Of a stretch of DNA of 64,000 bases, positions 57,694 to 64,000 are shown one piece after another. Source of the stretch: Strigamia acuminata (taxonomy: Eukaryota); the NCBI GenBank assembly GCA_949358305.1, contig OX442314.1:3100001-3164000 (forward strand), in the 5' to 3' direction. The notes below the pieces were generated by a model. The model was not told the origin of the DNA and ran no database searches. It saw only the letters and a program-made list of their open reading frames with translations. The position numbers were made by a program, and so were the translations under genes. Position 1 is the first letter of the stretch, and the number at the start of each line of letters is the position of its first letter.

Positions 57694-60600
57694 AGGTTGC
57701 AATTAAATTCGATTGAATTGCAACAGTGAATATTGGAGATAAATATTTAACTAAAAGATTTAAGTTAAAAATAGACAGATTAAATTTTCAGTTTATATTT
57801 CCATGTGAAGAAGTTAAACTGATGAAATAGAAATACGTAGTAGATTTTCCTTCATTATTTTCGTTTGAAGATTTTAGGGATTTCAAAGACTACCACCTAA
57901 TCTCACACGTGGAGGTCCCACCGAGATTAGGTTGCAATTAAATTCGATAGAATTGTAAAAGTGAATTTTGAGATAAATATTTAACTAAAAGATTTAGTTA
58001 AAAAACAGACAAGTTTCAAACCATGTTTATTTTCTTGAGAAACACCAAAACAGTCCTTTAACTAGGAATTTCGGAAGTTATAGACCTATCACACGATCAC
58101 TGAAATAGGTTGCAAATTAATTCGATCGAATTGCAAAAGCGAATCTTGAATCCGATATTAACTAAAAAATTTTAGTTAAAACAGACAAATAGATTTTCAG
58201 TTTATATTTTCATGTGAAAAGTTAAACTGACGAAATGGAAACGTTTAGTGAACTCTCTTTACTATTTTCGTTCGACAATTTAAGGAATACGAAGTATTTT
58301 AAATAAGAAATCAAAAAAGTTTCGAGTGAAATAAGAATACAGATATTTTTTTTCGAAGTTTGTTTTATTTCGAAAAGCTAAAAACATACAAGTTTAGAAG
58401 GCGGACTTCTTACGAATTTATCTTTCCACCTGAAAAGTTAAAACGAAGAAAACACCGCAACTATTTGGAAATATTTACAAGAAATTAAGTTTCTTGTAAC
58501 TGTACGTCGACACCGATAGCCAGCGACCACGCGCCATAGCAATACGCGTCGATCTCCGTATCAAACGCAGCAGGGAAGCTACTCAAACCTTCAACGCAAG
58601 GTGCGAACGAATGCTTGGAAATTATGGCGGACAACAGATAAAAGACAGCGGAGAAATGTTACAGAAGGTTCGTAGAGATTTATTTAAGTGTCGCGAACTA
58701 ATTTTTCCACTGCCATCGGTACCAAAGATAATTTAGTTGTTGGAGAAAAACAACACACTCCATTTCGCAGAAAAGATTTGCAAATCGAAATGAATATTAC
58801 CTTTATTTGAAGGAATTAACTATTTTCACAAAAAGTACATTTTTTCCTTCGGGACAATGGAAATTAAGAAAATATAAAATGGCGGCGAATGAAGTTGCCG
58901 ACCACATAGAATAGTATTTTTTACATTGAAAGTTACGAATCACGATAAACGCTTTCCCTCGGAAAAGTAAAAGGATTTCATTCAATCTTTCCTTTCGGAA
59001 ATTTAACAGTGTTTTAAGTTTCCAACGATATTTGGGTCTCCCAAATTTTGAGAATTTCTAAATGAAATTTAGCTGTTTGAAAAACAACGAATATTTTTAG
59101 TAATCTAATCGGACATTTTCCCACATGATTTCTTAAAACCGGAATAACAAATCCATTTGTGGCTATGAACTTTGCCACATGAAATATTTACGGAGCGAAT
59201 ATTTTTTGATTGGATTGAAGCTTTAAAATCAGATAGCTGATTTAAACGAAGAAAATAAGTTTCAAAGTAATTATTTTTCTTTCGGAAAAATCAAATAAAT
59301 CACCGCTGATGAAAAGTTGTATTTTTCCATTCGAAAAAACTAAGAATTGCACAAGATTTATCTTCTATTTTGAACATAGATTTTATTCGGAAAAGGAAAG
59401 ATTCTAGATACATTATTTTTCTCTAAAAATTAAGAATTTAGTCAATTTTCCTAAAGGTTAATGGAATGTCATCATATATTTCGTTCGTAATTTACGTGTT
59501 AAAGTTTAATCAGAAAAACGATTGAATATGTTTTATTTGCGATAAGTAAAAGAAAGGTTCTTTAAAAATGGAATTTCGATGCAAATCCCACAGTAAAGGG
59601 AATGTTATGTGTGAGCAATTAACGAAAAGTTGGAATAACTTCATTTTATTTCATTCAAAAGTAGTTGTGAAAAATCAATTTCAAATATTTTTCAAAGAAA
59701 AATTATTTTTATCGGAAAAAAGTAATTTACATGTCCTCGCGCGGACCGAGTAGTAAACTGCTTAATTGTGACATCGATACTGTTATTGTGTCACGTGTTA
59801 TACGGAATTCCAAACCAGTGAATTACGAATTTTGGCGCGATAGGAATAGAAGTTTGACAGTGAAAGTTCTCCAGATTTGTCTTTTCATTTGAAAAGTTCA
59901 AATTGAGGAAATGCTGCAGCAGATGAAGGTATTTACGACAATTGAGATTTAAATATTCTTTCATTCAAAAGATAAAAGATCTCTGCAAAAACATCTCGTT
60001 ATTAGAGATAAGGGGGACGAAAATTATTAAAACGAATAATCAAAGACACGTCCTTCGTAAATATCGCAAAGGAATAACTAATTGTGAAAACAATTGTCCG
60101 CTCAGGAAAAGTGGAATTTAGCTAGATATTTTCTTTCGAAAAATCAAAGCAATTGTCATCAAAAAAGAAAGATTTGATGAATAATTTTTACCCAAAAGTC
60201 TAAAGGATTGTCGAATAGTTTTCTCCCGAAAAACAAGTACACATTTGTACCAATAACTTTATCGTTTAAAGTAAAATTTCGAATATTTTCTTTTGGAAGA
60301 TTAGAGAATTAGATAATTTTTCTCGCAAAACAAATTTAAAGAATTTTAACGAATTTTTATTTGTTAAAAAAATTTGTTAAAAAAGGGGGAGATGGATGGT
60401 GAAAATTTATTTTTTCACACTCGAAAAATGGAATTTAAACCCGAAAAAGTAAAGACTTGGTCAAATTATTCTTCCTATTGGAAATGAATACACAATGTTG
60501 GGAATCGAAAATAGATTTCAATTACAAAGGAATGATTATTTGAACGATAATTGAATAAGAATAAGAAAAATTGAGAGTTTGAGAAAACTTTATTAAAACT

Positions 60601-60856
60601 GTGGTTGTAATGATATTACACACTAAACGGAATAATCAAAGAAAAATATTTTTTGAAGAAAAGTTATTTAATTATTTGGATTGGTAAAAATCCCAAAGTT
60701 CAAGAAGATTGAAGTAAGTTTATTTTATTTTCATTTGAAAAATACAATATTTTACGAATGTCTTCCCGAAGGAATTTTATTTTATCGGTAAAATTGAATC
60801 TCGAAGGGAACGGACTTAGTAGAGAACTACTAAATAGATGTAACGTCCTTTATACC

Positions 60857-60954
60857 ATTGGCCGACACTAACATCCGCCAATCAGAAGTTGGGAGATCTA
60901 GGGATCCCCAGCCCCCTGCTATTAAAGGAGGACCAGATCAGATACTGATCATTC
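60857..60954 (+). promoter_or_regulatory. Candidate Pol II promoter for the 61197 ORF
   Basis: ATTGG and CCAAT boxes (60857, 60878), TATTAAA at 60920, arthropod Inr TCATTC about 30 nt downstream. Confidence 0.5.
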
Positions 60955-61196
60955 GCATCCAGACCAGACCAGAAGACGTGTTCCAGAGTCATCTTGACCA
61001 CGCCGTCCCGATTTCAGTCACGATTCGAATTTTGTGTGCCGTGTAACCTGCAAAAGCTAACACGTGTCAAACAAACGCGAAGTTTAATTTTATTTTGTCA
61101 AAAGTAAAGTTTAGAAGTGTTTCTTGTTGAAAAGTGTATTATATTCGTCTTCTTTATAAATTAAAGAATTAAAATCGTCAGATTTTGAATTTTTTT

Positions 61197-62678
61197 ATGG
61201 CTCAAAAACCATTGAATATGATCGATCCAAAAGGAAATAATAAGCAGACAAACTTAAATTTAAGTTCTGTACCACTTGGCGATCAAACAGAAAAGATTCC
61301 CGATCATTTTACTCTGTATTGTAATCGTCATGGACTGGATAAAACCAAGTTTAAAAATATAATCGAAGCTTCAGACTATGTAAAAGCTAGGAACTGGCGA
61401 GATCGTACCCAATCTCAATCTTCACATCAAGATCCAGTACGGAATCCACAAACATACAGCCGAAACTTAGTGAATCAAGATTCTCATACTATGTTTCAAA
61501 CATCCAGTAGGGGATCTAAGTTAGAAAAGTTTAAACCACCTAATTCGGTAGATAAGGGGGAAGAGAATTATAAACCTAATAATTCTCGTCCAGAGAGTTC
61601 GTTAACTAACCAGTCGGTTGTTCAGAACAAATTAAAACTCGTTTACAATCGAGATCAGCTAATTTCAGTTCGATATGCTAATCCAGCTGAAGCACAACGA
61701 TATGTGGCTAGCCTTAATCTGTCGATTAACCTACCGCTATCAAAAGAATTGGGAACCGTAAACAAAAGTTTTGGGCCACCAATATCAACGCAAAGGAAAG
61801 ATATTCGGACTCCAAACAAACATTTGCAGTCAAATAACGTACAACAACGTGCCCGATCGCCGATCACAAACTCATGTTTGCGGACGTATGATTTGTCTAC
61901 CAAGAAGAGTCCCCAGCCAAGACAATTCTACCTAACGCCCATTTCAAATCGAAAAAAGGTCAAGCAAACTTTTCCCTTGAAAAAGTATTACCAACACGAT
62001 AATGAGAATGATTTTAAACCTAAAAAAGAAAGTTTTTTGACTAACCCACGGGAGATCCGGTATCAATTCGAACAGTATTGTAAACAATACCAGTTAAATT
62101 CAGCTGAATTTAAAAATATAAACGAAGCGCAACAATTCGTATTTCGAAATCAATACCGTAACCAACGACTAAAACCCGTCCCAGTCGTCAATCTGACGGA
62201 GATACAACAATTTGCGTCTGGAAAGCAACCCTGCAATATCCAGAATAATTCATCTCAACGAGAGGAATTAAGAACTTCAAAAAAGCGTTTTCGGTCACCA
62301 AGTCCAGCTGGTGATGAAGAAACTTCAAGTACAAACCAACATGTTCAAAAACTGACTGAAAACCCAGGTTTCCAATCATCAGTTCCACGACTTAGAGTCA
62401 AATATAGATCCCCTCGTTTGTTGCGGGATTTCACAATTCCAAATATGGGTCCTTTCCACGTATGGTTTTCCAATGAGGGTCCCATTCATGTATGGTTTTC
62501 CAGAGATGACCTAAAACAAAAAGTTGGGTCGTCACGGTCATTTACACTGCCAAGTGAGTACACTGTGTGTAACTGCCCAAAGAAAAAACGTCGAAAGAAA
62601 TCAGTACAGCAGGCTGAGAGATCTCGGAAATTTGCAAATATGCGAGCTCAATATTTAGCAAAGAATCATGTTGATTAA
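61197..62678 (+). CDS. 493-aa basic N/Q/S-rich protein of unknown function with a twice-repeated helical motif and C-terminal NLS-like PKKKRRKK
   Basis: Long open frame in AT-rich DNA; internal repeat FTLYCNRHGLDKTKFKNIIEA / FEQYCKQYQLNSAEFKNINEA. Confidence 0.65.
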   Translation: MAQKPLNMIDPKGNNKQTNLNLSSVPLGDQTEKIPDHFTLYCNRHGLDKTKFKNIIEASDYVKARNWRDRTQSQSSHQDPVRNPQTYSRNLVNQDSHTMFQTSSRGSKLEKFKPPNSVDKGEENYKPNNSRPESSLTNQSVVQNKLKLVYNRDQLISVRYANPAEAQRYVASLNLSINLPLSKELGTVNKSFGPPISTQRKDIRTPNKHLQSNNVQQRARSPITNSCLRTYDLSTKKSPQPRQFYLTPISNRKKVKQTFPLKKYYQHDNENDFKPKKESFLTNPREIRYQFEQYCKQYQLNSAEFKNINEAQQFVFRNQYRNQRLKPVPVVNLTEIQQFASGKQPCNIQNNSSQREELRTSKKRFRSPSPAGDEETSSTNQHVQKLTENPGFQSSVPRLRVKYRSPRLLRDFTIPNMGPFHVWFSNEGPIHVWFSRDDLKQKVGSSRSFTLPSEYTVCNCPKKKRRKKSVQQAERSRKFANMRAQYLAKNHVD

Positions 62679-64000
62679 CATGATATGATACACAAAGATT
62701 CCCCGATTATAGTGTAAACAGAAAATCCTCTTCTAAAAATCATGACCTCTCTTCTAAAGAAAAGGGGGACAAAATATAAAAGTTAGAATTAACAAAATTT
62801 TGAAAAGTAATGCTACATTATTAAGACAACTAGTTTAATTAAATTAGTCAATTGTACAAAGAATACCAAGTGACTCCGGTCATGACAATTAAGGGGGACA
62901 ATTATGATTTCTTAATTGTCAACTCTTATCATCTAAAAGCTATTTATTGTATATTTATAGCGATACATCTGACTAGGCATATGAAATAAATATTTTGTGA
63001 TAACACAAATGATGATTTTATGTATGACGAAAGTTTCTTCAAAAAGAAGACTTGGAAATAAATTCTGGACTTGAATTTAGGCTATTAGAAAAGATTATTT
63101 CGGCAGAAAATCAGAACTTAGATAATTCAAGTTAGTTTATGTAAGCTCAAATTCGAAATTGGAAGTCACGGTATCTCCAAGATACATCAAGTCCGAAAAT
63201 AGCATTTATGCTAATTAGGAGAATAACGAAAACTCTATAAAATTTTATATAATTGTGTTATTAAGGGGGATGTGTGACGGTTTACAATGGCTATAAATGC
63301 CTATTTTCTTAGAAAGAAGCGCTGTTGCGCCATTATCATGATATCTCGAAGATATTCTGTGTAAAACTGATAAATGTCTGGAATAAAGTTATTTATGATG
63401 TTTCAAATACAAAGATGTTCGTTTATTAAGAATAAACACTCATTCCTACTTGATATCAAAGGATTCCGGCCGAATCACGAAGAGTCGTCTGCTAAAACCG
63501 CATTTGTCAATGCGCAATGTTGCCACAAGATGGCGCGATTACGATTTAGCGGCAAATTCAAGATATGAATATAAAACATGTAAATAAATATAAAACTATA
63601 TTTACTAGAATGAAACGAAGCTTTGTGAACATTAATATAAAGATATATTAATGTCTTGTGATGTTAAATACAATGTAACTTCCATTTTCTGCGGGACAGG
63701 ACATTTGGTGATCAATCGATCAACCAATAGATCTGATTGGTGGATCCATTTCCGGTCCTGGGTATCCAGTTCCGGTTGTGGTGAGAATTAGCACATTGTT
63801 CCTCCGTATCCACTTCCGGTGATACGGGATTGGAGGGATTCGTGGAACCCATGTTCCAATTGGATAACTGGATTAATCCTTAATCCAGTCAGGTTATATA
63901 AACCCAAACAACCGGCCATTCTGCAGCTCTGTTTGATTATTTTCTGTTTGGTATTGTTACTTAAGAAATATGATTCGTTGTTCACGTAAAAAAACCTTTT

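Noticed and set aside
57815..58245. CTGATGA/CTGACGA followed by GAAA, hammerhead-ribozyme-like
   Set aside because: No room for stem II and no supporting stems
63271..63702. 3' LTR partner of 57262-57672
   Set aside because: Only the first 9 nt or so resemble it and no TSD is found, so it is not called as a feature

Overview
This is eukaryotic, almost certainly arthropod, DNA (TTAGG-type repeats and metazoan tRNA primer sites). It is a dense nest of transposons and satellites with no recognisable host gene. It holds four distinct Ty1/Copia LTR retrotransposons: A (350-25218, minus, fragmented), B (11309-24047, minus), C (15680-22507, plus) and D (31299-38455, plus, intact 1667-aa ORF). Each carries a methyl-CpG-binding-domain (MBD)-like module between integrase and reverse transcriptase, and each is inserted into another repeat; D sits inside a 21-bp satellite with 4 CpG per unit. 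Other retroelements are a Gypsy element (45985-52604), its 2.2-kb non-autonomous relative (837-3034) with a SAP-like gag module, and a BEL/Pao 5' fragment. DNA elements include an intact foldback Mutator (4907-9587) whose transposase has a C-terminal RING finger, plus pogo, Tc1, CACTG- and TTA-type non-autonomous elements. A local segmental duplication (about 26150-39740 vs 45069-54341) provides empty insertion sites and a 3-unit seed of the satellite. The right end has a 200-N gap, a 56-bp hairpin tandem repeat, and an LTR with a duplicated tRNA-Gln primer site followed by an ORFan with its own promoter. All alignments, counts and domain calls were made by eye.
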